A DNA stretch of 64,000 nt from an uncultured delta proteobacterium. GTDB lineage: Bacteria > Myxococcota_A > UBA9160 > UBA4427. The stretch is taken from assembly GCA_963822965.1 (NCBI GenBank), contig CAWGJT010000009.1, positions 224,001 to 288,000 of the forward strand, written 5' to 3'. Made by a program: the position numbers and the translations under genes. Below the pieces are notes generated by a model. It was not told where the DNA came from and did no database searches. It saw nothing but the letters and a program-made list of their open reading frames with translations. Position 1 is the stretch's first letter. Every line of letters begins with the position of its first letter. Below, piece by piece: positions 51,030-61,038 of the stretch.

Positions 51030-52445
51030 ATGCAGACCCGAACCCGGCGGGCGGCGGTGGCCGCGCTCGTCCTCGTCGCGCTGGCGCTCGCCGCCGCCCC
51101 GCAGCGCGCCAGGGCCGACGTATTCTGGCTCGAGCCCGACGCCAAGGCATCCAAGGAGAGCGTCCACTCCCGCTTCGCCGAGCTGGCGAAGAACGCCGCC
51201 GACAGCATCGTCAACGTCCAGACCTCGAAGACCGTCACCCACCGACAGATTCCGTTCCCGGACATCTTCCGCGGCGTTCCGGGCATGCCCTCGCCCGACG
51301 GCAGCCAGCTCGAGGAGCGCATCCCGAGCATGGGCACGGGCTTCGTCATCTCCGAGGACGGCTACATCCTGACCAACTACCACGTGATCGAGGACGTGGA
51401 CGAGATCGAGGTGCTCTTCCAGAACGGCAACTCCTCCAAGGCCGAGGTCGTGGGCCAGGATCCCAAGACCGATCTCGCCCTCATCCGCGTCGACGGCGTC
51501 GAGGGGCTGAAGCCCCTGGTGCTGGGCGACTCCGACGAGATCCTGCCCGGGGACTGGGTGGTCGCCATCGGCAACCCGTTCGGCCTCAGCCACACCGTCA
51601 CCGTCGGCATCGTGAGCGCCAAGGGCCGGCAGATCGGCCAGGGCCCCTACGACGACTACATCCAGACGGACGCGGCCATCAACCCGGGCAACTCCGGGGG
51701 GCCGCTGCTGAACGTTCGCGGCGAGGTGATCGGCATCAACAGCGCGATCAACCCCCGGGCCAACACCATCGGCTTCGCCATCCCGGTGAACCTCGCCAAG
51801 TCCATCCTCACCCAGCTCCGCGACAAGGGCCACGTGGAGCGCGGCTGGCTGGGCGTGGGCATCCAACCCATCGACGACGACCTGAAGCAGGCCTTCGGAC
51901 TGGCGGATCGAAACGGCGCCCTGGTCTCCCAGGTGACGCCCGACAGCCCGGCCGACGAGGCGGGCTTCGAGCGCGGCGACGTCATCCTGCGCTTCGACGG
52001 CCAGCAGGTGACGGAGATGCGCGAGCTGCCGACCATCGTCTCGTCCACGCCCATCGGCAAGAAGGTGAAGGTCGACATCCTCCGCAAGGGCAAGGAGAAG
52101 ACCCTCTCCGTGAAGATCGGAAAGCTCGAGGAGCCGCAGCAGCTCGCGCAGACCGAAGCGCCCCAGGGCATCGACGATCTGGGCTTCGAGGTGCAGGACC
52201 CCTCACCGGTGCTGATGCAGCGCTTCGGGCTGGACCGCGCGAAGGGCGCGATCGTCACCATGGTGCGCCCGGCGAGCCCGGCGGAGGAGGCGGGGCTGCG
52301 GCCCGGCGACGTCATCCTGGAGGCGGGCATGAAGAAGGTCGAGAACGCCGCCGACCTGCGCAAACGGCTCGCCAAGGGAGACACCACGGTGCTGCTGGTG
52401 GAGCGAGGCGACTCGACGATCTTCACCACGATCCACCGGAGCTGA
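51030..52445 (+). CDS. DegP/DegQ (HtrA) serine protease with two PDZ domains
   Basis: GGAGG RBS, TNYHV, TDLAL, AINPGNSGGPL, two PDZ regions. Confidence 0.95.
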   Translation: MQTRTRRAAVAALVLVALALAAAPQRARADVFWLEPDAKASKESVHSRFAELAKNAADSIVNVQTSKTVTHRQIPFPDIFRGVPGMPSPDGSQLEERIPSMGTGFVISEDGYILTNYHVIEDVDEIEVLFQNGNSSKAEVVGQDPKTDLALIRVDGVEGLKPLVLGDSDEILPGDWVVAIGNPFGLSHTVTVGIVSAKGRQIGQGPYDDYIQTDAAINPGNSGGPLLNVRGEVIGINSAINPRANTIGFAIPVNLAKSILTQLRDKGHVERGWLGVGIQPIDDDLKQAFGLADRNGALVSQVTPDSPADEAGFERGDVILRFDGQQVTEMRELPTIVSSTPIGKKVKVDILRKGKEKTLSVKIGKLEEPQQLAQTEAPQGIDDLGFEVQDPSPVLMQRFGLDRAKGAIVTMVRPASPAEEAGLRPGDVILEAGMKKVENAADLRKRLAKGDTTVLLVERGDSTIFTTIHRS

Positions 52446-52565
52446 CACCGGAGCGAGGGGGGCGCTCGGCGCCCCCGGGGTCGCAACGATCGGATGCGTC
52501 CCGTCTCGGGACGCATCCGCCCCCGCTCGGGTAGAGTCCGAGGGCGCCCACTGGAGCCCCGACCG

Positions 52566-53363
52566 GTGTACGAGTCCGCCCCGTTCCCCCTGCTGGCTGC
52601 CTGGATCGTCCTCGGGCTCGTCGGCCTCAACGCGCTGTGGTCGGGCCTGGGGGTGCTGCTCGAGCGCAGCGCCTTCGGTCGCGGACATCAGGTCTGGCAG
52701 ATCGGCCTCCGCCCCGGACAGGTGCGCAAGGAGATCGCGGCGAACCTGCGCTTCGACGCGGTGGTCGGTGTCTTCACGGCCGGTCTCGTCGCCACGGGCG
52801 CGATCCGCCTGGCGGGACCCGACGCGGGCGGTGCCGGGCCGGCCCCGTTCTCGGGCTGGGTGACCTTCGGCGCCTGCTGGGTCGGCTTCGAGGTCTACTA
52901 CTGGTTCCTCCACCGGGCCATGCACACACGGCCCCTCTACCGCTTCCACCGCCATCATCACGAGTCGCGGGTGACGACTCCCTTCACGGGCGTGTCCACC
53001 AGCGCCGTCGAGGCGCTGGGCTGGGCGGTGGGCTTCGGACTCGCCCCGGTGCTGCTCTCGCTCCACGCTCCGGTGAGCGGCGTCGGCTTCGCGCTCTACT
53101 TCGTCTACAACTACTCGGGCAACATCGTCGGCCATGTGAACACCGAGCTGTTTCCCCGGACGATGCACGGCCGCCTGCAGTCCTGGCTGCTGCACCCGAT
53201 CGTCTACCACGCCCTGCACCACGCACGCTTCGTCAACCACTACGGCTTCGGCAGCACGTTCATGGACCGCCTGCTGGGAACCGAGTGGGAGGACTGGCCG
53301 GCCCTGCACGAGCAGGTGGCCGCCGGCCATCCCCTCACGAGCCTCACGCAGCGGGGCGCGTGA
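52566..53363 (+). CDS. Sterol desaturase / fatty-acid hydroxylase family protein
   Basis: His boxes HRAMH, HRHHH, HALHH and DRLLGT. Confidence 0.88.
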   Translation: MYESAPFPLLAAWIVLGLVGLNALWSGLGVLLERSAFGRGHQVWQIGLRPGQVRKEIAANLRFDAVVGVFTAGLVATGAIRLAGPDAGGAGPAPFSGWVTFGACWVGFEVYYWFLHRAMHTRPLYRFHRHHHESRVTTPFTGVSTSAVEALGWAVGFGLAPVLLSLHAPVSGVGFALYFVYNYSGNIVGHVNTELFPRTMHGRLQSWLLHPIVYHALHHARFVNHYGFGSTFMDRLLGTEWEDWPALHEQVAAGHPLTSLTQRGA

Positions 53364-53821
53364 GTCGGGTCCGGACGATCTACTACGACCACGCCCGGGA
53401 CGCGGCCCTGCAGCCGGCGTTTCCCCGGGGCGAGGCGGGCCCCGTGACGATCGCCGCCGACGGGGAGTGGACGGCAGAGACCCGGGTGTGGATCGGGCCC
53501 AACTCCCACTGTGCGCTGGTCCACCACGGCGTGGGCGCCGCGCTCGCCGCGCTGCGAGGAGCCCAGGGGCGGCTGGGAGGAGGAAGCGACCTGCTGCTGC
53601 CCCCGTCCGCCGCGGAGTCGGTGGCCCGCCTCTTCTACGAGGCCGACCGCCGGACCTACGGAGCGAGCTACGACTTCCTGGTCCTCACCCGGCAGGCGCC
53701 CGAGCCCATCCACTACCGCGTGGCGATCGACAACCGGGAGTACCAGAAGACCCTCTCCCAGCTCCAGTACCTGGCGACGACGGCGGCTCGCTACGGACAC
53801 GGGCTCCGGATCCGGCTGTGA
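53360..53821 (+). CDS. Hypothetical protein
   Basis: GTGA overlap with the desaturase stop; coding-like composition. Confidence 0.7.
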   Translation: MSRVRTIYYDHARDAALQPAFPRGEAGPVTIAADGEWTAETRVWIGPNSHCALVHHGVGAALAALRGAQGRLGGGSDLLLPPSAAESVARLFYEADRRTYGASYDFLVLTRQAPEPIHYRVAIDNREYQKTLSQLQYLATTAARYGHGLRIRL

Positions 53822-54086
53822 GCCGGGGCGCGGATCAGGAGCGGGTGGCGCCGCTCGGCTTCGCCCCGAGCAGGATCTCCCGCGCCTTCTCGTCCATGCG
53901 TCCCGGCTTGCCGAGCTCGCGTCCCACCTCGTAGCCGCGGCGCAACCCGGGACGCTGCTTCAAAGCGTCGTACCAACGCCCCCGTCGAAGCGGCGTCCTG
54001 GCAAGGCGCGCCCGCCGCGCACGGTACCTCCCCCGACGCGCCGCGGTAGAATGGATGGACCCCCGGAGCCCACCCAAGGAGCCCCC

Positions 54087-54551
54087 ATGATCCTCGGCGT
54101 CCACCACCCCGCGCTGTCCGTCCCGAGCCTCGAGGCCGCGCTCGACTTCTACTGCGGGAAGCTCGGCTTCGAGCCCGTCATGAACGCCGAGATCCCCTCC
54201 GGAATCCCGCCCCTCGACGAGGCCTTCGGGGTGCCGGACGCGGGCTGCAAGGTCGCCATGATCAAGCGGGGCAACTCGTGCATCGAGCTCTTCGAGTTCC
54301 AGGCGCCGGACACGCCCCGGGGCGATCCGCAGCGCCCGGTGAACCAGCACGGCATCACCCACATCTGCCTGGCGGCGGACGACTACGAGAAGGACTACGC
54401 GTTCCTCGCAGAGGCGGGCGTCGTCTTCAACACCGGGCCCCAGGGAGAGAGCCCGGCGCGCTGGGCCTACGGGCGCGATCCCTTCGGCAACGTGATCGAG
54501 CTGCTCGAGCACGACCCGTCGAGCCCGACGTCCCTTCGCTTCGAGGGCTGA
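54087..54551 (+). CDS. VOC/glyoxalase family protein
   Basis: AAGGAG RBS; HHPALSV, IELFEF, GITHICL, DPFGNVIEL. Confidence 0.9.
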   Translation: MILGVHHPALSVPSLEAALDFYCGKLGFEPVMNAEIPSGIPPLDEAFGVPDAGCKVAMIKRGNSCIELFEFQAPDTPRGDPQRPVNQHGITHICLAADDYEKDYAFLAEAGVVFNTGPQGESPARWAYGRDPFGNVIELLEHDPSSPTSLRFEG

Positions 54552-54561
54552 GCATCGCCGC

Positions 54562-54930
54562 ATGCCTCGCAAGCCCAACCCGCTTCCCCGACTGCGACGC
54601 ATCTGTCTGGCCCTGCCCGAGGCGACGGAGAAGGAGGCCTGGGGCGAGCCCACGTTCCGCGTGCGCAGCAAGATGTTCGGCATGTACGCCAAGAACCACC
54701 ACGGCGACGGCCGCATCGCCCTGTGGTTCAACGCGCCGGACGGCGTGCAGCAGACCCTGGTGGACAACGACCCGAAGCGCTTCTTCGTGCCGCCCTACAT
54801 GGGCCCGCGCGGCTGGGTGGGCGTCCGCCTCGACCGGGACGTCGACTGGAGCCTGGTGGCGGCGCTCGTCGAAGAGGCGTACCGCATGGTGGCGCCGAAG
54901 AAGCTCCTGAAGGAGCTCGACGCCGGGTAG
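54562..54930 (+). CDS. MmcQ/YjbR family protein
   Basis: CLALPEATE..WGEPTFRV..KMF, PPYMGPRGWVG, EAYRMVAP. Confidence 0.9.
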   Translation: MPRKPNPLPRLRRICLALPEATEKEAWGEPTFRVRSKMFGMYAKNHHGDGRIALWFNAPDGVQQTLVDNDPKRFFVPPYMGPRGWVGVRLDRDVDWSLVAALVEEAYRMVAPKKLLKELDAG

Positions 54931-54988
54931 GAGCGCGACCCCCGACGAGGTCCCGGGTCGCGGGCTCCCTCTGCCAGCGCTTCGCGCC

Positions 54989-55876
54989 TCAGTCGCTGCG
55001 GCGGCTCTCGGCGCGCAGCCGCGCCTGCACCTGCTCCAGGTCGCCGATCTCGCCGAAGCCCGAACGGGTGCGCGAGAGCTCGGGGCGGACGGCTTCGATG
55101 GGGTCGCGCGTGTCGTCGATGTAGCCCAGCGCGTAGGCGCCCTGCGCGTAGCCCATCAGCCGCAGGAGCGACTCGGGCAGGCCCCGGGCCACGTCGTGGG
55201 GCACCGACAGGTACTGGTTCTCTTCCTGACGCAGCCACGCCACCGCGTAGGTGATGTTGATGCCGATGCGCGTGTCGTCGCTGCGGTTCGCGCCGCCCCC
55301 GTGGTAGAGGCCGCCGGTGTAGAGCAGCACCGATCCCTTCTCCATCTCGGCGGGCTCCGTGTCGGACTCCTTGAGCTGCAGGCGGTCCGCGAGCCGATGG
55401 CTGCCGGGAATGACGCGCGTCGCCCCGTTGCGCTCGGTGAAGTCGGTCATCGCCCAGATCGTGTTGCACTGCACCTGGTAGGTGTCGGGGAAGGGGAAGA
55501 AGTCGAAGGCCCACTGGTCGCGGTGGATCGCCTGGGCGGTCTCCCCGGGACCGATGGCGATGGTCTGGGTGAGGTGGAGCTGGAAGTTCGTGGCGTGGGC
55601 GAGGGTCCGGCCGACGGCGCCGAGCACCACCGGATCCTCGACCAGCTCGCGCACCGTGAGCGAGCGTGCGATCAGGCCGCCCACGCGCTGGGTGTGGCGC
55701 CCCGTGAACTCGTCCTGGCCCGAGCGCACGCTCTCGAACCAGGGCGCGAGCTCGGCGCGGGCGGCGTCCATCGTCTCCGGCGGCACCACGCGATCGACCA
55801 CGCAGCAGGCGTCGCGGTCGAGGATCTCGGCGATCTTCTCGGGCGGGGTGGACGGACTCACGTGCTCGACGGGCAT
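54989..55876 (-). CDS. Phytanoyl-CoA dioxygenase (PhyH) family protein
   Basis: IHRDQW, NGATRVIPGSH, YHGGGAN, WLRQEEN. Confidence 0.92.
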   Translation of the reverse strand: MPVEHVSPSTPPEKIAEILDRDACCVVDRVVPPETMDAARAELAPWFESVRSGQDEFTGRHTQRVGGLIARSLTVRELVEDPVVLGAVGRTLAHATNFQLHLTQTIAIGPGETAQAIHRDQWAFDFFPFPDTYQVQCNTIWAMTDFTERNGATRVIPGSHRLADRLQLKESDTEPAEMEKGSVLLYTGGLYHGGGANRSDDTRIGINITYAVAWLRQEENQYLSVPHDVARGLPESLLRLMGYAQGAYALGYIDDTRDPIEAVRPELSRTRSGFGEIGDLEQVQARLRAESRRSD

Positions 55877-55977
55877 CTTCGGCGGCTCCCGGTGGTCTGA
55901 ACCCCGATCATGGCAGGATTCCGCCGCCGACGCGAGCGGCGGCCGAGGCTACCCTGTCCCTCCCAACGGAGGCCCGC

Positions 55978-57105
55978 ATGCTCTCGAAGTTCGACGACTA
56001 TCCGATCCACCAGACCGCCGAGCCCGTCGCCCAGCCCGCCAGCAGCGACCGCAACGTCTACGACCGCTACTGGTTCAACGGCTATCAGGACGACGGCGCC
56101 TTCTACTTCGGCATCGGCGCGGCCATCTACCCCAACCTCGGCATCCAGGACTGCGGGCTCAGCATCGTGCGCGACGGCGAGCAGCACGCGTTCCACGCGT
56201 CTCGTCGTGCCCCCAAGGAGCCCAGCGAGACCGTGGTCGGCCCGTTCGCGATCGAGGTCGTGGAGCCCATGCGAAGGCTGCGGGTGACCCTGGAGGAGAA
56301 CGAGACCGGCATCTCGGCCGACCTGCTCTTCACGGCCCGCACCGCGGCCGTCGAAGAGGGACGCCAGACCGCGCGCAGCGGTCGCAGCCTGACGATGGAC
56401 GTGACCCGCTTCGCGCAGTTCGGACGCTGGCAGGGCGAGATCCGCTACGACGGCCACACGGTCCCCATCGACGCCGAGCGGGTCCCCGGCACGAAGGACC
56501 GCTCCTGGGGCATCCGTCCGGTGGGCATCCCCGACCCCGGCAAGGCGCCGGCCGAGCGCGTCGGCGCGCAGATCTTCTTCCTGTGGGCCCCCATCCACTG
56601 GCGCGATCGCTGCACGCACTTCGGCGTCTTCGAAGACGGAGACGCACACATGTGGCACAGCGACGGGGCGCTGGTCCCCGTGTACGAGACGCCGGAGAGC
56701 ATTCCCGGCACCGAAGACCCGGGCATCGTGCGCGCCGCCACGGTCGAGCACACCATCGAGTACATCCCCGGTACGCGCCGCGCCGGTCACGCCGCCATCG
56801 CCCTCGTGGAGACGAACGGCAAGCGCACCGAGATCGACCTGGAGCCCCTGCTCTGCTTCCGCATGAAGGGCATCGGCTACATGCATCCCGAATGGGGCCA
56901 CGGCATGTGGAAGGGCGAGCTGGCGATGGCCGGCGAGTCGTGGCGTTGCGATGACCTGGAGCCGATGGCCTTCGAGAACCAGCACATCCAGCAGGTGGTC
57001 CGGGCCACCTGCGAAGGCGAGCAGGGGGTGGGCGTGCTCGAGCAGATCTGCTTCGGACCGCACGCCCGCTACGGCTTCCGGGAGCTGCTCGACCCCGCGA
57101 AGTGA
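55978..57105 (+). CDS. Conserved hypothetical beta-rich protein
   Basis: GGAGG RBS; DDYPIHQT, YDRYWFNG, KDRSWGIRP. Confidence 0.8.
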   Translation: MLSKFDDYPIHQTAEPVAQPASSDRNVYDRYWFNGYQDDGAFYFGIGAAIYPNLGIQDCGLSIVRDGEQHAFHASRRAPKEPSETVVGPFAIEVVEPMRRLRVTLEENETGISADLLFTARTAAVEEGRQTARSGRSLTMDVTRFAQFGRWQGEIRYDGHTVPIDAERVPGTKDRSWGIRPVGIPDPGKAPAERVGAQIFFLWAPIHWRDRCTHFGVFEDGDAHMWHSDGALVPVYETPESIPGTEDPGIVRAATVEHTIEYIPGTRRAGHAAIALVETNGKRTEIDLEPLLCFRMKGIGYMHPEWGHGMWKGELAMAGESWRCDDLEPMAFENQHIQQVVRATCEGEQGVGVLEQICFGPHARYGFRELLDPAK

Positions 57106-57156
57106 GGCTCCCGGGTCGGGCCCGCCCCGCCGGGTGCGCGATGCTACGTTCTCCGC

Positions 57157-58032
57157 ATGAACGATCCGTCCTACATGGAGCGCACCCGGGCCTGGTACGA
57201 GGCCCAGGGCTACGAGCGTCCCTACCACTGGTCCCACTTCGAAGACGTCCCGTTCGCGCACCTTCCCAAGCCCCTGTCCGACTGTCGGGTGGCGCTCGTG
57301 ACCACGGGCACTCCCATCGGGGAGGACGGCCGTCCGGTCCTGCCGAAGCGGGTCTACCGGCACCCCGTGGAGAGCCCGCCCGAGCGGCTCTACAGCGACG
57401 ACCTCGGCTGGGACAAGGAAGCGACCCACATGGACGACCGGGCCAGCTACCTGCCCCTGGAAGCCCTCGAGGAGCTGGTGGGCGCGGGCTGGATCGGCGC
57501 CCTCACCCCGCACTTCCACGGCATCCCCACGGAGTACAGCCAGCGACGCACGATCGAGATCGACGCCCCGACCCTGCTGGAGAACCTGCGGGAGGACGAG
57601 GCCGACGCCGCGCTGCTGGTCCCCATCTGACCGGTATGCCACCAGACCGTGGGTCTGGCCGCACGCCATCTGGAAGCGAACGGGATCCCGACGGTGATCC
57701 TCGGCTCGGCGCAGGACATCGTCGAGCACTGCGGCGTTCCGCGCTTCCTGTTCACCGACTTTCCCCTCGGCAACCCGTGCGGCAAGCCGTGGGAGCCCGC
57801 CATGCAGCTGGCCATCGTCGCCCAGGCCCTCGACCTGCTGGCGGTGGCCGAGGGTCCGCGCACCACGGTGCAGAGCCCCTTCCGCTGGGCCGAGGGCGAG
57901 GCCGACGCTCTCTGGCGCCGTCGCTACCTCGAGATCACCGACGAGAGGCGCGAGCAGCTGCGACGGGCCGGCGAGCAGCGACGCGCCAGCCAGCAACGGG
58001 CCCGCGAGACGGGCGAGGCGCGCCAGGACTGA
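57157..58032 (+). CDS. GrdB/PrdB-like reductase selenoprotein (291 aa, Sec at UGA 57628-57630)
   Basis: Two same-frame ORFs joined by one TGA read LLVPI-U-PVCHQTVGLAARHLEANGIPTV. N-terminal KPLSDCRVALVTT; DFPLGNP downstream. Confidence 0.85.
57638..57663 (+). promoter_or_regulatory. Bacterial SECIS-like hairpin
   Basis: Stem CCAGACC/GGTCTGG (57642-57658) with a G-containing loop, starting 11 nt after the UGA. Confidence 0.7.
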
Positions 58033-58060
58033 CGCGGACGCGTGTTGCCGGCCGGCGCGC

Positions 58061-59320
58061 TCAGTCCTCCGGGTCCGGGTCGCACTCGCGCGCGGCCGCC
58101 CGGTAGATGCCCTTCGCCATCAGGCTCGTCTCGGCCTTCGCCCGGGTTCGGTACACCGCCGCCCGCACGCCGCAGATGTGATCGTCGCCGGGCTCCGCGA
58201 GCCAGGCGAGCTCCGCTAGCTCGCAGGCCAGGGCGAGATCGCCGTCCTCGCAGCACTCCTCGGCCCGGTCGGCCAGATGCCGCGCGCCGCCCGCCGCCAC
58301 CGCCAGGGCGCGGGCCAGATCCGCATCCCGCGAGGGCTTCAGGTGGGCCGGGTTGCCGTCGTACCAGCCTCCGTAGAGCCGCCACAGGTTGTGCACGATG
58401 AACAGGGGATCGTCGTAGATCGGACGCAGGTAGGGTCGCTCGAGCAGCGCCTCGGGAAGCTTCACGCCGAACAGGACGTCGTTGAGCTTGGCGCCCTCGT
58501 TCATGAGGGCGAGGGTCTGCTCGCAGAGGGTCTCGAGAAGCTCCGCGGACTCCGTGAGCGCGCGCATCACCCGCTCTGCCCCCAGGATGGGCGGGCCGTG
58601 GCCCGGGAAGAGCGACTCGGGGGCGAGCTCCGCCATCTTGCGGAGGCCCGCCGCCCACTCGCGCGGATAGCGCTGCACCTTCTGGGGATTGCCGCAGTTG
58701 GGCGCGGCCCAGATGAAGAGGTCGCCCGCGTAGATCGCCTTGCGCTCGGGCAGCCAGGCCCAGATCGCGTCGTCGGTCTCGCCCCGGTCGTGGTGCAGCT
58801 CGATCTCCACGCCGCCGACCTCGAGCCGATGATGCGCCCCCACGGTCTCGTCGGGGTAGCGATACCGCTTCGGGAAGACCGGCTTCGGGAACCCGAACTG
58901 GCGGGCGTTGATGTGACCGTTGTAGCCGTTCGTCAGCTGGTAGCGGTCGAAGCGGGCGGGACAGGCATCGTGGGCGACGATGCGGACGGCCGGGAGCCCC
59001 TTCTCCTCGGCCTCGGCGTGGAAGCGCTCCAGGCCGAAGACGTGGTCCACGTGTCCGTGGGTGTAGATCCCCGTGTGGACCCGCGCGTCGGTCCAGGCGC
59101 GCACCCCTTCGTAGAGCGCGTTCGCGTGGAAGAGGCTCGACGTGTCGACGAAGACGAGCCCGTCGGCGCTCTTCAGGACGAGCGCGTTCGAGAACGCGGA
59201 CATGAACGCCATGTCGTCGTCGAGCACCTCGAGGGCGACGAGAACGCGTCCCGGGTGCACGTTCGCGTCACCCAGATCGCCGTTCCAGGCGCGCTCGGCC
59301 AGCTCCAGCACCTCGCCCAT
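58061..59320 (-). CDS. MBL-fold alkyl/aryl sulfatase-like hydrolase with dimerisation domain
   Basis: THGHVDH, GETDD, PNCGNPQKVQRY, PGHG, GWYDGNPAHL. Confidence 0.9.
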   Translation of the reverse strand: MGEVLELAERAWNGDLGDANVHPGRVLVALEVLDDDMAFMSAFSNALVLKSADGLVFVDTSSLFHANALYEGVRAWTDARVHTGIYTHGHVDHVFGLERFHAEAEEKGLPAVRIVAHDACPARFDRYQLTNGYNGHINARQFGFPKPVFPKRYRYPDETVGAHHRLEVGGVEIELHHDRGETDDAIWAWLPERKAIYAGDLFIWAAPNCGNPQKVQRYPREWAAGLRKMAELAPESLFPGHGPPILGAERVMRALTESAELLETLCEQTLALMNEGAKLNDVLFGVKLPEALLERPYLRPIYDDPLFIVHNLWRLYGGWYDGNPAHLKPSRDADLARALAVAAGGARHLADRAEECCEDGDLALACELAELAWLAEPGDDHICGVRAAVYRTRAKAETSLMAKGIYRAAARECDPDPED

Positions 59321-59814
59321 GGACCTCGCTCCTCGTGGGGGAAGCGGGAATTCTAGCCCCAATGCGTCATTCAGCGCGCAGCGGGAGCAAGGGCGAACGG
59401 ATCGAGGAGCTCGGGGCTCGGGGATCAGCGGGTTGGGGGGAAATGAGCGGTCGGATGCGGCCGACCGCTCACTCCCAAGCCCGTCCCTCGCGGTCCGTGC
59501 GGCGCGCCCGTCTCCACCGGCTGGTCCACCGGGTGAACGCGTCTGCGATGCGAGACGCGAGGCTCCGGCGCGGGGTCTCTAGAACCCAGGGCTCGTCCAG
59601 CATCTCGGGCGTTCGCGATCGGCGCAGCTGCACTGCGACATTATTCCAGGTAAAAGCCGGGTAGGGCAATACCCAATTGACGGTGGGTGTGGATTCCGCT
59701 CGGGCTGGAACGGCTCACTTCCGTCGGATCCGGTCGCATCGGGCAGTCCCGGGCGGGTCAAGCCCCGCCTCCCGAGCTCCGATCAAACCCGGGATCGGAT
59801 CAGGGAGGCGGCAG

Positions 59815-60570
59815 ATGGAGCTGGTGGCGGCGTTCGGAGGCGGGGCGTTCATCCTGACCAGCCTGGTGCTCGGGCTTCGGCTCGTGTGGATAGCCCGCAG
59901 GACCCGGGGCCTGCCGGAGTTCGTCCTGGGGTTCGGGCTCTTCCTGATGGGCGGTCTCGGCTATCCGCTGATGGCGGTGGCCCAGCAGGCCACCGGGATG
60001 GACATGCGTGTTCGCGTCGGGATGCTCGTCACCCAGATGCTCTGCACCACCATCGGCATGACCGGGGTCACCCTCTTCACCCGCCGGGTCTTCCGCCCCG
60101 GGGAGACCTGGGCGGCCTGGACGACTCCCGGCTGTCTGCTCGCCTACCTCGCCATGATGATCGGTCAGGGCGCGGGTCCGGGCTTCGCTGCGGCGCTCCA
60201 GGGCGCCGACGCCATCTGGTTTCGCAGCAGCTACATCGGCATCGCCGTCATGGTCTGGACCGGTGCCGAGTCGCTCCGGTACCACCTCATGCTGCGGCGC
60301 CGCCAGGCGCTCGGGCTCGCCGAGCCGGCGGTGGTGGATCGCTTCCGCCTGTGGTCGATCTCCATGTTCGCGGCGTCGTCGATCAGCCTGCTGGGAATCG
60401 TTCTGCGCGAGCTCTTCGGCGTCTCGGTCAACGGTACCACCGCGGGCAACCTGCTCGTCGGGCCCCTGGGCCTGGTGATTGCAATCGCCCTGTGGCTCGC
60501 CTTCCTGCCGCCTGCCTTCTACCTGCGTCGTGTCGAACGAGTGGCCGCCGCGCGGAGCGCGACCGCCTGA
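59815..60570 (+). CDS. Hypothetical membrane protein with about 7 TM segments
   Basis: GGGAGG RBS; hydrophobic segments; RRTRGLPE and LAFLPPAFY. Confidence 0.8.
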   Translation: MELVAAFGGGAFILTSLVLGLRLVWIARRTRGLPEFVLGFGLFLMGGLGYPLMAVAQQATGMDMRVRVGMLVTQMLCTTIGMTGVTLFTRRVFRPGETWAAWTTPGCLLAYLAMMIGQGAGPGFAAALQGADAIWFRSSYIGIAVMVWTGAESLRYHLMLRRRQALGLAEPAVVDRFRLWSISMFAASSISLLGIVLRELFGVSVNGTTAGNLLVGPLGLVIAIALWLAFLPPAFYLRRVERVAAARSATA

Positions 60571-60577
60571 GGCCGGC

Positions 60578-60880
60578 TCACAGCACGACCTCGTAGCCCT
60601 CGAACACGGGATGCCCCGCGATGACGCCATGGGACGAGCGCGCACCCGAATGCCCCTTGCGGAAGGCCTCGGACTTCGTCCAGGCCTCGAAGGCGGCGTG
60701 CGACTCCCAGCGGGAGTGTGAGACGTAGCAGGTGATACCGTCGGCCGTCGCACCCCGAAGCAGGTGGAACTCCCGGAAGCCCGGCACCTCGTCCAGGTGG
60801 CTCTCGCGTCCCTTCCACACCTGCTCGAACTCGTCCTCCCGTCCTTCCGTGACCCGAAAGCGATTCATCGCGATGTACAT
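60578..60880 (-). CDS. Antibiotic biosynthesis monooxygenase (IsdG/HmuQ-like heme-degrading family)
   Basis: MYIAMNRFRV, VPGF, WES..AFEAWTKSEAFRKGH. Confidence 0.85.
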   Translation of the reverse strand: MYIAMNRFRVTEGREDEFEQVWKGRESHLDEVPGFREFHLLRGATADGITCYVSHSRWESHAAFEAWTKSEAFRKGHSGARSSHGVIAGHPVFEGYEVVL

Positions 60881-61038
60881 ATTTTCTCCCGTCGCCTGTC
60901 CAAGACCAGGCCGCAAGCATCGCAGGCTCTCGGCCGGCGGCCAGCCCCCTGGGAGACCCCCTGCGTTCAGACGAGCGGCCCGGCTGCCGATGCAGAGGAC
61001 GGAGGAAGCGCCCAAGGGCCCTGCCTCGAGGAACGCCG

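Noticed and set aside
57157..58032. Two separate genes or a nonsense pseudogene, as in the ORF track
   Set aside because: Same frame, TGA at a UxxC position and a hairpin just downstream favour Sec readthrough.
59469..59669. Small ORF in the intergenic region
   Set aside because: No clear RBS or motif; cannot be supported from sequence alone.
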